64,000 bases of DNA from Eledone cirrhosa (taxonomy: Eukaryota): contig OZ024751.1 in the NCBI GenBank assembly GCA_964016885.1, forward strand, positions 50,964,001 to 51,028,000, written 5' to 3'. Below the pieces are notes generated by a model. That model was not told the DNA's origin. It was given only the letters and a program-made list of their open reading frames with translations, and ran no database searches. The translations under genes were made by a program, and so were the position numbers. This document shows, piece after piece, positions 1 to 12,470 of this stretch. Position 1 is the first letter of the stretch, and the number at the start of each line of letters is the position of its first letter.

Positions 1-15
1 ATTCTTTTCTTTGTT

Positions 16-345
16 TTGTGCCTCTCCTTTGTTCTGTCCTATGCCATCTTTGAGAGACAATGCAAAGATAAGAATATAGTGTACATAGGTGAGATAGCTC
101 GTAGTATAGGAGAACGATTAAATGAACACTGGCGAGAGCATCAAGATAGAAAAGAATCATCAGTACTCCAACATGCTAAAATAAAACATAAGGGCAAATT
201 AGAGAACATAGAAATAAAAATAAAATCTACACACAGAAAAGACGCAATGTTTAGACAAATCACAGAGGCAATAAACATAAATGAACTCCAACCAAAATTA
301 AATAGAAAACATGAATGGAATAGCAACATCACAACTTACAATTAA
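16..345 (+). mobile_element. Penelope-like element 3' end: GIY-YIG endonuclease C-terminal fragment
   Basis: Translation has VYIGE-x-RS-x-ERL-x-EH ... QITEAININELQPKLN, the GIY-YIG pattern typical of Penelope-like elements. A hammerhead motif follows about 200 nt downstream, as expected for a pseudo-LTR. Confidence 0.85.
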
Positions 346-541
346 GGACAAAATGAAAACACACACACATAGAACAAACAACCACCTAGTAACATGTAAA
401 TAAACAAATAAATAAACAAATAAAAACACACACAGACACCCGGATGTAACACATGCACAAACTAAGCACACAACACACACAAAAACAAGATGGCATAGGA
501 CAGAACAAAGGAGAAGCACAAAACAAAGAAAAGAATCCCCA

Positions 542-584
542 GTCACTGAAGAGGTCACAGAATGTGTGACGAAAGAACTTTGAC
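542..584 (+). ncRNA. Minimal type I hammerhead ribozyme in Penelope pseudo-LTR
   Basis: GTCA(542-545)-CTGAAGA(546-552)-G-GTCACA/TGTGAC stem II-GAAA(571-574)-GAACT-T-TGAC(581-584). Stem I is GTCA/TGAC, stem III is 2 bp, predicted cleavage triplet CUU. Confidence 0.7.
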
Positions 585-753
585 ACTATATGAACAACTA
601 TCCGGTTGTGGAACCAACCAACCAACCGGAAATTTACAAATTTCTTAAATCTTTAAAATTTAATTTATAATAAATTGGAGTGAAAGCAACTGGTGCATGT
701 GTTTCTTATTGGCAACATGACCCTCCCAAAGTATAACAATATATATATAGATA

Positions 754-786
<33 letters not shown>

Positions 787-1339
787 GGCGAGAGTGAGAG
801 AGAGAAACAGACAGAGACAAAGAATGAGATAAATATAGATATAATGGGAGGAAGGGAGCGGGTAATTTATTGATCCCATGATAAACAATATATGATCAAT
901 TGAAAAATATGTTGAAAGCAGATGGCAAAGAGTTTAACACATTTTAATAGAATCATAGTTTATTGTGTAAGTGTGTGTATATATATGTGTGTGTGGATGG
1001 TGGAATTGGTGGTAGTGATAGTGGCCGTGGTGAGGGTGGTGGTGGTGAGTGGAAAGAGGATGGGTGTCAGTGGGGTATGGGTTATGTGAACCATTAATAA
1101 TTGAAGACGAAAGGAAAAAAAAAACATCTATTGTTTTCTTGTTTTCCTCTTTACTCTCAAAGAAAGAAACGTTTGGTGGGGTAGGGTAGGGTGGGTGGTT
1201 TTTGATACTTGAAATGGTGGTGTAGGGATTAGGGTGGTCAACAGGAAATAAGAGGAGAGAGATGAAACCAAAACAAGGGTGAGAGGAGGAAAGAAGAGGG
1301 TATGAAAATATGTGGTAGCAACAAGATGATGGGAGGTGG

Positions 1340-1585
1340 GTTGTGGCAGTGGTGGTGGATGTGGAGGTGGTTGAGGTGGCGGTGGTGGTGGTGGAGGTGA
1401 TGATGGTGGTGGTGGTGGAGTTGGTGGAGTTGGCGGTGGTGGTGGTGGAGGTGATGATGGTGGTGGTGGTGGAGTTGGCGGTGGTGGTGGTGGTGGAGGT
1501 GATGATGGTGGAGGTGGTGGTGGTGGTGGTGGAGGTGGCGGTGGTGGTGGTGGTGGTGGAGGAGGTGGTGGAGGTGGTGGTGGTA
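1340..1585. repeat. (GGT)n-rich microsatellite
   Basis: Visible imperfect trinucleotide repeat; source of the poly-Pro and poly-Val ORFs. Confidence 0.95.
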
Positions 1586-1799
1586 GGTAAAGGTCTAGAG
1601 TTAATAAAGATGATTGTGTGATTCGGAGAAACAAAGTATGCAGGGGTGGAGTTAGGTCAATAGTGTAAGAGTTGACAACATGCATGTGTGTGTGTGTGTG
1701 CATACATGTATGTATGTATATGTGTATGTGAGTGCATACATGTATATATATGTGTGTATGTGATGTGTGTATGTATGTGTGTGTGCAATTTCTTGGGGT

Positions 1800-2300
1800 G
1801 GTGGAATGATTAAATCGACCCTAGTGCATTACTGGTACTTTATTTTATCAACCCTGTAAGGATAAAAGGCAACGCTAACCTCACCAGGATTTGAACTCAG
1901 AACATAAAGAGCCAGAACAAATAGTGCGAAACATTTGTCTAGCATGGAGTTATGCCCTTTACAGTCTGAGTTCAAATCCCGCCGAGGTTAACTTTGCCTT
2001 TCATCCTTACGGGGTCGATAAAATAAAGCACCAGTAATGCACTGGGGGTAATTGCTGGCCTTGTGCCTTAAGTAGAAACATTATTATTATTATTTCTAAG
2101 GGCGGTGAATTGGCATATCGGTAGAGGGTCGGACGCCATGCTTTCCAGCATAGTTACGTCCCTTTACGGTCTGAGTTCAAATCCTGCCGAGGTTGACTTT
2201 GCTTTTCATCCTTACGGGGTCGATAAAATAAAGTACCAGTAATGCACTGGTAATTGCTGGCTTTGTGCCTAAAGTAGAAACAATTATTATTATTATTTCT
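1800..2300. mobile_element. Cluster of tRNA-derived SINE family B copies (one minus, two plus)
   Basis: Repeated body GAGTTCAAATCC (B box)...GGTTAACTTTGCCTTTCATCCTTACGGGGTCGATAAAATAAAGTACCAG...CCTTGTGCC-AAAGTAGAAAC-(ATT)n. Confidence 0.9.
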
Positions 2301-2309
2301 ATTATTATT

Positions 2310-2620
2310 TCCATTGCACATCATTACTGCTTTACCGAGCACAGCTCTGTGTACCTTGGGTATGTGCAGTGTAGTTTTTGCTGATGTTGTTTCTATTGTA
2401 TTGATAGAACTTTTCATAACATGTGTGCAGTGCCTAGTAGTGCTATCTTTTGTATGTTGTATATATTTATAAGTCCTGGGGTTTTGGTTATGTATTTATC
2501 TGTGTTTTTATCATTCCTAGAGCACCTATTATTATAGGCATTGTTTCTGTTTTCATTTTCCACATTCGAGTTATTTCTATCTCTAGATATTTATATTTGG
2601 AGAGTTTCTCTATTTTCATT
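2310..2620 (-). mobile_element. R4/Dong-type non-LTR retrotransposon 3' end (restriction-like endonuclease C-terminus), decayed
   Basis: KLSKYKYLEIEITRMWKMKTETMPIIIGALGMIK...IALLGTAHML resembles the C-terminal RLE region of this clade. Confidence 0.75.
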
Positions 2621-2905
2621 GGCCTTTCATCCTTACGGGGGTCGATTAAAATAAAGTACCAGTAATGTACTGAGTAATTGCTGGCCTTGTGCCAAAAGTA
2701 GAAACAAGGTAGATTGGCCGTATCGGTAGCGGGTCGGACGCCATGTTTTGACACATAGAGTTACAGCCCTTACCATTCTGAGTTCAAATCCTGCTGAGGT
2801 TAACTTTGCCTTTCATCCTTACGGGGTCGATAAAATAAAGTACCAGTAATGTACTGGGATAATTGCTGGCCTTGTGCCAAAAGTAGAAACAATTATTATT
2901 ATTAT
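2620..2905 (+). mobile_element. SINE family B, two tandem copies
   Basis: Same GCCTTTCATCCTTACGGGG-TCGAT core and (ATT)n tail. Confidence 0.9.
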
Positions 2906-4074
2906 TAATAAATTTTTGATTGCACCCCCATCCTCTAGTATATTTGTTAAAATGGGGGTGAATGTAACAAGAACAAGAATGGTCTGAGTGAATGGGTTTC
3001 ATACATTAGGTTGGAAAGAATGGGCACTTGCTTAAAGAGCCCTTGGTGATCGGAGTGATTTTTACATTTGTGGGGTCCTTTAATTACCCATGGGAGTGGT
3101 TACCCTGTTTTTTTTATTTGCTTTTAGTTTTTTAAGTGGTTTTGTTGTTGTTTTTTATGTTTACCCAGTTTATATAAATTCCTTCTGTCTCTGGAGAAAA
3201 AGGGAGGGAGGAGAAAGAGGGGAGAAGAAGAAGAAGAAGAAGAAGAAGGAAAAAAGAAGGATAAGAAGAAAAAAAGACGAAGAAGAAGAAATAAGAGGAT
3301 TGCTTCTATGTGTATTTATTGTTAACAGAGACAGACTGCTTGTAAAAGAGTTAGTTGACATATTTCATGATATTGATTAGTTAGTAAGTTAGTAAGTACT
3401 ACAGTACACACACTGGGGAAAGTGGAATGACAGGGCGATGATGATGGTGATGATGATGGTGATGATGATGGTAGTGCAGTATTAGTGATATGTAGTGGAA
3501 TGTAACTGCAAATACACCCAATGTGTACTTGCCTTGTGTATCCAGGTTTTTCAGAATAGGTACACATGTCCTGAGAGACAGCTAAAAGAGTTGGCATCAG
3601 GGAGAGCCTCTGCCTATAAAACACTGTCTCACAATATCCTGTCCAATACATAACAGTATCGAGAAGTGAACATAAAACGATGATGATATACATATATATA
3701 TATAGATAGATATATACATACACACACACACACATATATATGTGTGTATATATATATATACACACATATATATGTGTGTATATATATATATACACATACA
3801 CATACACTCATTTATATATATATATATAAACTCATGAATATACGCATATATGTGAGTCCCGGGTTCAATATGGGATAACCATAGTAAGTAAGGTACTCAA
3901 TACATTAATAGAGTGTAAACATCATATTTAATATAGCCATTTCTATATTAAACATTATATATATATGTGTATATATATAAATATAAGTATGTATACATAC
4001 ATACATATATGTATACTTACGTATAGTAGTATGTATATACCATCGTTGCCATTTTGTTCAACACTGACAAAAGA

Positions 4075-4117
4075 ACGATGAACTAGTTTCTAGCTTATTA
4101 GCTGTCATCAGCACTGT
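4075..4117 (-). ncRNA. Minimal type I hammerhead ribozyme (mirror copy)
   Basis: Reverse complement reads ACAGTG-CTGATGA-CAGCTAATAAGCTA-GAAACTAGTT-CATCGT, with one mismatch in stem I. Confidence 0.65.
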
Positions 4118-4831
4118 AAATCTTCCTGTCAGTTGATTGAACGTTTGAAAGTATATACTTTCCTTATGCATATTAACGGCTGAGCACCCTAATTTGCATA
4201 TCGAGTGAGTTAGTTGGCCAGGCGTACCGAAAACGATAAATGGAAAAAATGAAATTTCATTTCTCACTCTTAGTACGGCTGATACTTAAATATAAGTATG
4301 TATACGTACATTCATATATGTATACAGACGTACAGTAGTATGTATATACATACATACACACATATATATATGTACGTATGGGTTTACCGAACATTTATTA
4401 TAATGCTCGGTTTGTTTGTAAACAAACAGCCCGAATTATTAGCCGTACGGTGTTCGGCAACCATCGTTGAACAAAAGAGCAACAATGGTTGCCGAACACC
4501 GTACGGCTAATAATTTGGGCTGTTTGTTTACAAACAAACCGAGCATTATAATAAATGTTCGGTAAACCCATACGTACATATATATATGTGTGCATGTATG
4601 TATATACATACTACTGTACGTCTGTATACATATATGAATGTACGTATACATACTTATATTTAAGTATCAGCCGTACTAAGAGTGAGAAATGAAATTTCAT
4701 TTTTTCCATTTATCGTTTTCGGTACGCCTGGCCAACTAACTCACTCGATATGTAAATTAGGGTGCTCAGCCGTTAATATGCATAAGGAAAGTATATACTT
4801 TCAAACGTTCAATCAACTGACAGGAAGGTAT

Positions 4832-4874
4832 ATGGTGCTGATGACAGCTAATAAGCTAGAAACTAGTTCATCGT
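4832..4874 (+). ncRNA. Minimal type I hammerhead ribozyme
   Basis: ATGGTG-CTGATGA(4838-4844)-C-AGCT-AATA-AGCT-A-GAAA(4859-4862)-CTAGT-T-CATCGT. Stem I is 6 bp (2 G-U), stem III is the palindrome ACTAGT, triplet GUU. Confidence 0.75.
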
Positions 4875-5114
4875 TCCTTTGTCAGTGTTGAACGAAATGG
4901 CAACGATGGTTGCCGAACACTGTACGGCTAATAATTCGGGCTGTACATATATATATGTGTGCATGTATGTATGTATATACATACTACTGTACGTCTGTAT
5001 ACATATATGTATGTACGTATACATACTTATATTTAAGTATCAGCGGTACTAAGAGTGAGAAATGAAATTTCATTTTTTCCATTTATATATATATATACAT
5101 GCACATATATAAAT

Positions 5115-5500
5115 GACATGGTTGTCGTGTCTTTTGACACAACTAAAGGGTCCTCCTAACCCTTTGTTTGGCAAGGTTTCTACCGCTGGATGTCCTTCCT
5201 AATACCATCCACTTTACAGTATGTACTAGGTACTTTCATTGTGTTGATCACCAGCACTAAGGAGGCTGTCATGTCCTTGACACAACTAAAGGGTCCTCCC
5301 AACCCTTTGTTTTGCAAGTTAAATACAGCTAGATCCCTTTCTAATCACCAACCACTTTACAGTGTGCACTGAGTGCGTTTATCATATAGATCACCAACAC
5401 TCGAGAGGTTGTTGTGTCTTTGACACAACTATAGGGTCCCCTCAACCTTTTTAGGCATGATTTCTACAGCAGAGTGCCCTTCCTGTTGCCAACCACCATT
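5115..5500 (-). repeat. Three diverged tandem ~143-bp copies of a LINE/SINE tail-related sequence
   Basis: TTGACACAACTA-AGGGTCC recurs near 5135, 5277 and 5421, with GGATGTCCTTCCTAA-like tail motifs between. Confidence 0.7.
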
Positions 5501-5609
5501 ACGGTTCTACATGGGCCCTTGTTGTCCCAATTATTCTTTTTATTCCATAGTCCTCATAGTACGACCGGCAGCAGACAGGGCAAGAGCTATTTTCTCTAGC
5601 ACACTGTCT

Positions 5610-6055
5610 TATAATCCCAAACACTTCACGCCTTTCATCTTTGCGGTGCAGAACATGAGAAAATCTATTTTTTCTGCCTTTGCCCTTGCCAAATATACCT
5701 GGTGCCTGGTCTTTCTTCTAACTATTTGCTATTTCTCCCTGTCATCCCCTTTCCTCCAGTCACTCCAAACTTATCTTTTTGTTTTTATGGCTCTATCTAC
5801 TTTATCATTCCATCACCCTCCATCTTGCTAGGACCTTGCTCCAGCTGAAGGTCTGGTTTGTGGCTTCCAGCAAGTTGTCCCATAGGAAATACCAGTTTTT
5901 CTCTAGGTTATATGTATCCAACTCCTTTTTTTACTGTCAAAGGCGTCAAGTAGAATTTTTCTGTATTTGTTACCTGCCACAGATTCTTTTAGCTTCCAGG
6001 TCTTCCTTCTCCAGACTGGCTTTTGTCTCTAAGTTTGTTTAGCACTTATTCTAAA
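5610..6055 (-). mobile_element. RTE-clade LINE fragment (endonuclease-RT linker)
   Basis: Minus frame WKEGDDREK*QIVRRKTRHQVYLARAKAEK aligns by eye to WKDGGSREHYQVARKKARRQVYFARREAED of the 25212 ORF. Confidence 0.75.
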
Positions 6056-6457
6056 TTCCCAATCCACACTGTAAAGTGGTCTTGTAGGTGTCATGACAAA
6101 AAGCACCCAGTACACACTGTAAATGTAATTGGCATTAGGAAGGGTATCCAGCTGTAGAAACAAAGCCAAAATCAGTTCTGTATGAGCAAGATATGACCAT
6201 TAGACCTGGCTTGTCTCACAATGGGACAACTCGACTAACCCATGCTAGTGTGGATAATGGACATTAAATGGTGATACGGTGATTGATAATATATATCTAT
6301 ATATCAATATATATATAATATTTAGATATAATGAATGCTTATATTAAATCATATACTAAATATGTTTAAATCTAACAAAGTAAAGATATCAATAGAAGTA
6401 ATTAGTATTTGTTTATAACAAGAAATATATCAATATATGGATTTATTATATTCAAAT

Positions 6458-6499
<42 letters not shown>

Positions 6500-7094
6500 A
6501 ACATACCTACATACAAACATACCTACATACAAACATACATACATACATACATACATATACTCAAGGGAAATAGAGTGTGTAAGCTCTTATGTATAGAAAC
6601 TATTAATATATATACACACACATTAATTGTAAGTTGGTGTAATGTTATTTATAATGCTATTCCAAGAATATATGAGATCATGTTTCTCCTAGCAACAATT
6701 TCTCGTAATGATAACAATATATAAATTTATACATTCAAAACACACTGGGATTTTTGTTATGTCAAAATCTCTTTCTAGCTGAAAAATCTTTGGAAATTTT
6801 AAATACTGAATAATTTTCCTGTCCAGCTTCAATTATTGATTATTGCTTGTTGAAGATTCCATGGAAATGAAACCAATTTCGTCCAGAATTTTTTAAATAT
6901 CTTTGTTTCGTTTAAAGAATTACTCTTTCTCTCTACATCTTGTACTGAAAATTCAATTTTGTTACATATAAAGAAATTTATAATATGATTTAATATATGT
7001 TAATATAATGTGTTAATTGTATTCAAATTAACTGTATTCATATTTATGCTAACAGGGAAAATGTGTTAAATGATGATGATGATATATATATATA

Positions 7095-7915
7095 TAGTAA
7101 CCCACATAGTCAATCAGATAATACAGGACTGATGCAGCAGTACAATCGTAAATTGCTACAAGGGCAAAGGTGATACCTAGAAAGGAGCAACTATAGAGGA
7201 ATAAAACTAATGGACCAAGTTATGAAAATTATGGAAAGAGTTATGGTACAACGAATTAGAGAAGGAGTTGAATTAGATGAGATGTAGTTTGATTTAATGT
7301 CTGGGAAAAGTACTACAGATACTCTCTTTTTAGTGAGGCAACTACAAGAGAAGTTCTTAGCCAAAAATAAGCCACTATACCTAGCTTTCGTTGATCTAGG
7401 AAAAACGTTTGACAGAATGCTTTGATCTATTATCTGGTGGTCCTTAAGGAAATCAGGTGTAGAAGAATGGTTGGTGACAGCAGTGCAAGTCATGTACAGA
7501 GGAACTGTCAGTAAAGTGAGAGGGTGTTCTGAGAACATATTAGCTAGAATAAGGATAGCCTGGAAGAAGTTTAGAGAGTTACTTCCACTGTCGTTAACAA
7601 AAGGTTTCTAGTGTGTCAGAGTTTAAGAGGAATCTGAAGTGGTGTGCAATAGAGAAGACTGCATTGGTAGGGTCATGTGATACACAATGGATGATGATCA
7701 CTGGGTGAAGATGTGCCAGGAAATCCTAGTAGAAGGAAGCCTCAGTAAAAATAGACCAAGGAAGACCTCGGTGGAGGTCGTGAGAGCTGATCTCACGTAA
7801 CTCACAGAGGAGACAACAAAGGAATGTAACAAGTGGAGAGTGCTGTGCTGAAAGGACCTGTCCAACTCATGCAAGCATGGTAAAACAGATGAAAAAACAA
7901 TGCTGATAATGATAA
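7095..7915 (+). mobile_element. RTE-clade LINE, internally deleted RT and 3' end
   Basis: NYRGIKLMDQVMKIMERV, LAFVDLGKTFDR, ARIRIAWKKFRELLPL; contains stops and deletions. Confidence 0.85.
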
Positions 7916-8364
7916 TGATACTGGTGCAAAATTTATTGCAGTTTTTGCTATGATTATGGAATAAACTTTTTCAAACTATGTTTATATAACTTCAGATTTT
8001 TCCAAATGTTGATTTCATCATTGTTGCCAAGATGTCTGTCGGAAAAAAAGATCTTGTATAGAATAAGACTTTCAAATTTAGTTTTGTTTTTAGTTTGATT
8101 GAGGTGAGAATGTGCTTGAAGGTTTGCAGCTTGAAGAATTTCATGTATAAAGGAGGTGAGTGATTACTCTGAGCATGAAAGAACAAGGAGTATGAGTATG
8201 GGTGTGATGAGTGAAATGGGGGATTGGATGGTAAAGTAGGGAGCAATGGAGGAGTCAGTGATAGCTACATATTGGTTGGTGGGAGCTGGCAAGAAGTTGA
8301 AGAATGTGAACAGCTACAATGTGTCATGGTAAGAGGTGTTTAGCATGAGAGGGTGAGGATGGGT

Positions 8365-8962
8365 GGGAGGTAGAATATATGACAGAAGGTGGTGGTGTGA
8401 GGGAGAGTATATGGAGAGGTGATGGTGGAAGGTAGTGTATGGCAAGGTGATGGTGGGAGGTACAGTGTATCACAAGGTGATAGTGGGAGGTAGAGTATAT
8501 GGAGAAGTGATGGAGGGAGGTAGAGTATATGACAGAAGGTAATGGTGGGAGGTATAGTATATGACAGAAGGCAATGGTGGGAGGTATAGTATATGACAGA
8601 AGGTGTGGTGGGAGGTATAGTATATCACAGAAGGTAATGGTGGGAGGTATAGTATATGACAGAAGGTGTGGTGGGAGGTATAGTATATGACAGAAGGTGT
8701 GGTGGGAGGTATAGTATATGACAGAAGATAATGGTGGGAGGTATAGTATATGACAGAAGGTAATGGTGGGAGGTATAGTATATGACAGAAGGTAATGGTG
8801 GGAGGTATAGTATATGACAGAAGGTGTGGTGGGAGGTATAGTATATCACAGAAGGTAATGGTGGGAGGTATAGTATATGACAGAAGGTGTGGTGGGAGGT
8901 ATAGTATATCACAGAAGGTAATGGTGGGAGGTATAGTATATGACAGAAGGTGTGGTGGGAGG
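8365..8962. repeat. 31/32-bp minisatellite with local 63-bp higher-order repeat
   Basis: Unit GGTGGGAGGTATAGTATATGACAGAAGG(TGT|TAAT); the 21-aa periodicity in the overlapping ORFs reflects alternating units. Confidence 0.95.
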
Positions 8963-9084
8963 CAAAACACAAGAGCCCCAGCATGGCCTCAGCCCCTCAG
9001 CTGGAACACAAAATAGAAAATGTAGAAGGTGAAAGACAGTGAAAGACATATCTAATGCCATCCCTTGTTACCCTGTTGTCATAA

Positions 9085-9275
9085 TTGTTTCTACTTTTGG
9101 CACAAGGCCAGCAATTATCCCAGTGTATTACTGGTACTTTATTTTATCGACCCCGTAAGGATGAAAGGCAAAGTTAACCTCGGTGGGATTTGAACTCTGA
9201 ACATAAAGGGCCATAACTCTTTGCTGCAAAGCATGGCATCAGACCCTCTACTGATACTGCCAATCCACCGCCCTA
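9085..9275 (-). mobile_element. SINE family B, full copy
   Basis: Reverse complement of the family body from the GGGCGGTGGATTGGCAG head to the tail. Confidence 0.9.
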
Positions 9276-9652
9276 AGGAATAGAGAGATAATTACAACAA
9301 TAGCCCTGATCCATGATCACAATCTATGATAAAAATGATATATGGTATTTAATGATATGGTCTGAACGTGGAAGAGCCGAACGCCCACTGTCTTTGCCTC
9401 CATCTCTCTCGCCCTCCCCATCTCTCTGTATGGTGAGCAAACGGGGTCCCATGTGCTGGCCTCCCCACAGCCCCGACGAACAGAATGGAGAAGGTGTTTC
9501 CCCGGAGGATGGTAAGGAAGATGCACTGGAAGAGCCATTCCAACTCGCGAGAGATAATGGTGGAAGAGATGTAGGAGTTACAATGATAATGGGTGATGAT
9601 GAGCGGAGAGATCAAATACTATCCATTTTCATTGTTATACAGTGGGCACAGC

Positions 9653-9820
9653 GAAGGCGCATGGCCTAGTGGTTAGAGCATTGGGCTTGCAATCGAAAGG
9701 TTGTGAGTTCAATTCTTGGACCGGGTGATGTGTTATTTCCATGAGCAAGACACTTTATTTCACATTGCTCCAGTTTACTCAGCTGTAAAAATGAGATGAT
9801 AGGACTGGGGTCCCTATCAT
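9653..9820 (+). mobile_element. tRNA-derived SINE family A (CORE-like), 3'-truncated
   Basis: A box TGGCCTAGTGG, B box GAGTTCAATTC, then CORE-like GAGCAAGACACTTTATTTCACATTGCTCCAGTTTACTCAGCTGTAAAAATG. Confidence 0.8.
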
Positions 9821-10209
9821 TAAATTACCCAACACACCTCCAACGAAATATAGCTGGGAGGAGGCCAGCGAAACCTGTACAGGTGAGAGCTGTCACACAC
9901 ACATACAGTGGGCACGGTACAGTAAATATGACAGTGGAGGATAGGATCATAAATAGAGCAATAGAGTGAAACTTAACATAAGTAGATTGGGTGAGAGATT
10001 CAGTGGTATATTATATGTTTCAAGCTCTATCATCACTAGTATAATTGTAATGACTGTTTGGCTACGTTTGTACCAGTAGCTGGTCATATCCAGTATTGTG
10101 TTGTCAGTCTTTGTGTGTTTCAGCTTCCTGATGTTAATCTTCACCACTTCACCACCAAGTCTTGCTAGGTTTTTGTCTTACACACACACACACATGTATA
10201 TGTCTCCCT

Positions 10210-10210
10210 C

Positions 10211-10263
<53 letters not shown>

Positions 10264-10286
10264 TATATATATATATATATATAGTG

Positions 10287-10384
<98 letters not shown>

Positions 10385-10397
10385 TATACATATACTG

Positions 10398-10472
<75 letters not shown>

Positions 10473-10727
10473 TTTATATATATACACACTATATATATAT
10501 ATATATATATACACAGTATATATATATATATATATATAGTATATATATACACTATATATATACACTATATATATACACTATATATATATATATATATACA
10601 CAGTATATATATATATATAGTATATATATACACTATATATATACACTATATATATATATATATATATACACTATATATATACAGTATATATATATATAGT
10701 ATATATATACACTATATATATATATAA
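10210..10727. repeat. Long (TA)n microsatellite; similar TA/CA/TG tracts at 14410-14750, 17250-17677, 19960-20790, 35820-36140, 61620-61990 and elsewhere
   Basis: Direct inspection. Confidence 0.95.
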
Positions 10728-11039
10728 ACAAAGAGAGAGAGAGGTTGAAAGCTTACATATATGATTAGGTATTGATCAAACTTAAGCAAATTTCCTGTCT
10801 GGTTATTGCCTCAATTACTGGCTGATAACTACTCTTCTTATCTCCACAGACAAGAGTAACCATTACTAAAAGAGATAACATTGAAACAGCTAGAGATAAG
10901 TATATGTATATATCTCTCTGTCTGTCTCTGTCATCTCTGTCAGTCTGTATGTATGTATGTATGTATGTATGTATGTATGTATGTATGTATGTATGTATGT
11001 ATGTATGTATGTATGTATGTGTGTGTATATGTATGCATG

Positions 11040-11655
11040 CATAGGCTACGTTGGTACGGTCACGTGATGCGCATGAAAGACGACAGCTGTATAACAAAGT
11101 GCAGGGCAATAAAGATAGACGGTAGTCACGGAATAGGCAGACCCAGAAAAACATGGGACGAGCTGATAAATTCCGACCTCACACGCTTACACCTCTCCAA
11201 GACAATGTCACTGGACCGAGACCTTTGGCGGTACTCAGTAATAGAGAAGACCCGCCTTACCTAAATACAAAGTAAAAACCTACTACAGTCAGTAGGCATC
11301 TCTATCACCCCCCCGTCCCACCACCTCCACCCCATCCACACCGCCCCTTTCAATGTAAAGTTATGTTGGTCCCACAACATCCAGGCCGAAACAAATGAGA
11401 TTGTGTAGGTGTCACGACAAAAAAAACACACAGTCCACGCTGTAATGTGGCCGTGTAGGCAACACGGTAAAAACCTCCCAGACCCACACTGTAAATGTGG
11501 TTGGTGTTAGGAAGGGCATCCAGCTGTAGAAAACCTGCCAGACAGTCCTATGCGAGCAAGACAACCACTCTTGCCTCAAGTGGGAAAACCCCCGTCCAAA
11601 CCCATGCAAGCGTGGAACACGGACGCTAAACCTGATGATGATGATGATGATGATG
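11040..11655 (+). mobile_element. RTE-clade LINE 3' end with (GAT)n tail
   Basis: [11 protein letters not shown]...GRPRKTWDELI; near-identical to 27265-27846. Confidence 0.9.
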
Positions 11656-11713
11656 TATCCATGGTATGCAAAAATATCTATCTACATACCTCTTTCTCTC
11701 TCTCTCTCTCTCT

Positions 11714-11796
<83 letters not shown>

Positions 11797-12322
11797 ACAT
11801 CATTTCACACTTGTTTCCCCTGATAACAAGGGCTGGACATGTCATCACAGACCAGTCAGCCCTCAAGCAGAGCCTCTGGTCTCCATGTAGGGCAAGTGTT
11901 GACATATAATCCTGTCCTCTAATAAGTCTATTTTATCATTGCTCCAGCACTAGGGAAGTTGTCATGTCTTTGGAAAAGCTGAAGAACCTTCCTGACCTGT
12001 CGCTACTGTAACATGTCAGAGCATTGCGTCTTTTCTGTGTTTGGATATGATAGCAATATATCGCCCCTACAACTCCCTCTAGAGTTATGGGACTATGCAT
12101 GTAAATATATATATAGAAAGACCTACCTCTCTAATCCTGGCCCTACATACGTGCACCATCCCCACCCCAGCCAATACTGTAAATGTAGTTGGTATTAGGA
12201 AGAGCATCCAGCCTATAGAAACCAAGCTGAAACAGTTCTGTATGAGCAAGATATAGTCATCTGATCTGACTTGTCTCACAACTGTGATGATGATGATGTT
12301 GATATATATATGTATGTGTATG

Positions 12323-12394
<72 letters not shown>

Positions 12395-12419
12395 CATACA
12401 TACACATACATATATATAT

Positions 12420-12470
<51 letters not shown>

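Larger units (their letters stand above)
4040..5085. mobile_element. Hammerhead-bearing ~421-bp unit arranged as a long inverted repeat plus a partial tandem copy (retrozyme- or pseudo-LTR-like)
   Basis: Arms ~4040-4469 and 4480-~4909 are near-perfect reverse complements around a 10-nt spacer (mirror ORFs 4058-4267 and 4682-4891). The unit restarts at 4901 (CAACGATGGTTGCCGAACAC, compare 4480). Confidence 0.9.

Noticed and set aside
1128-1703. Poly-proline (formin- or extensin-like) ORF, and the poly-Thr/Gly ORFs at 13707-14150
   Set aside because: Trinucleotide microsatellites with non-protein-like flanks and no splice support.
4058-4891. Duplicated 69-70 aa ORFs on opposite strands (also 52899 and 53458)
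   Set aside because: A by-product of the inverted repeats, with no protein-like features.
9313-9669. 118-aa GC-richer ORF
   Set aside because: No recognisable motif or splice signals, and it is sandwiched between SINEs; probably an unclassified repeat fragment.
10098-10727. Long YI/HT/CV-rich ORFs here and throughout the track
   Set aside because: Translations of (TA)n, (CA)n and (TG)n microsatellites, which lack stop codons by composition.
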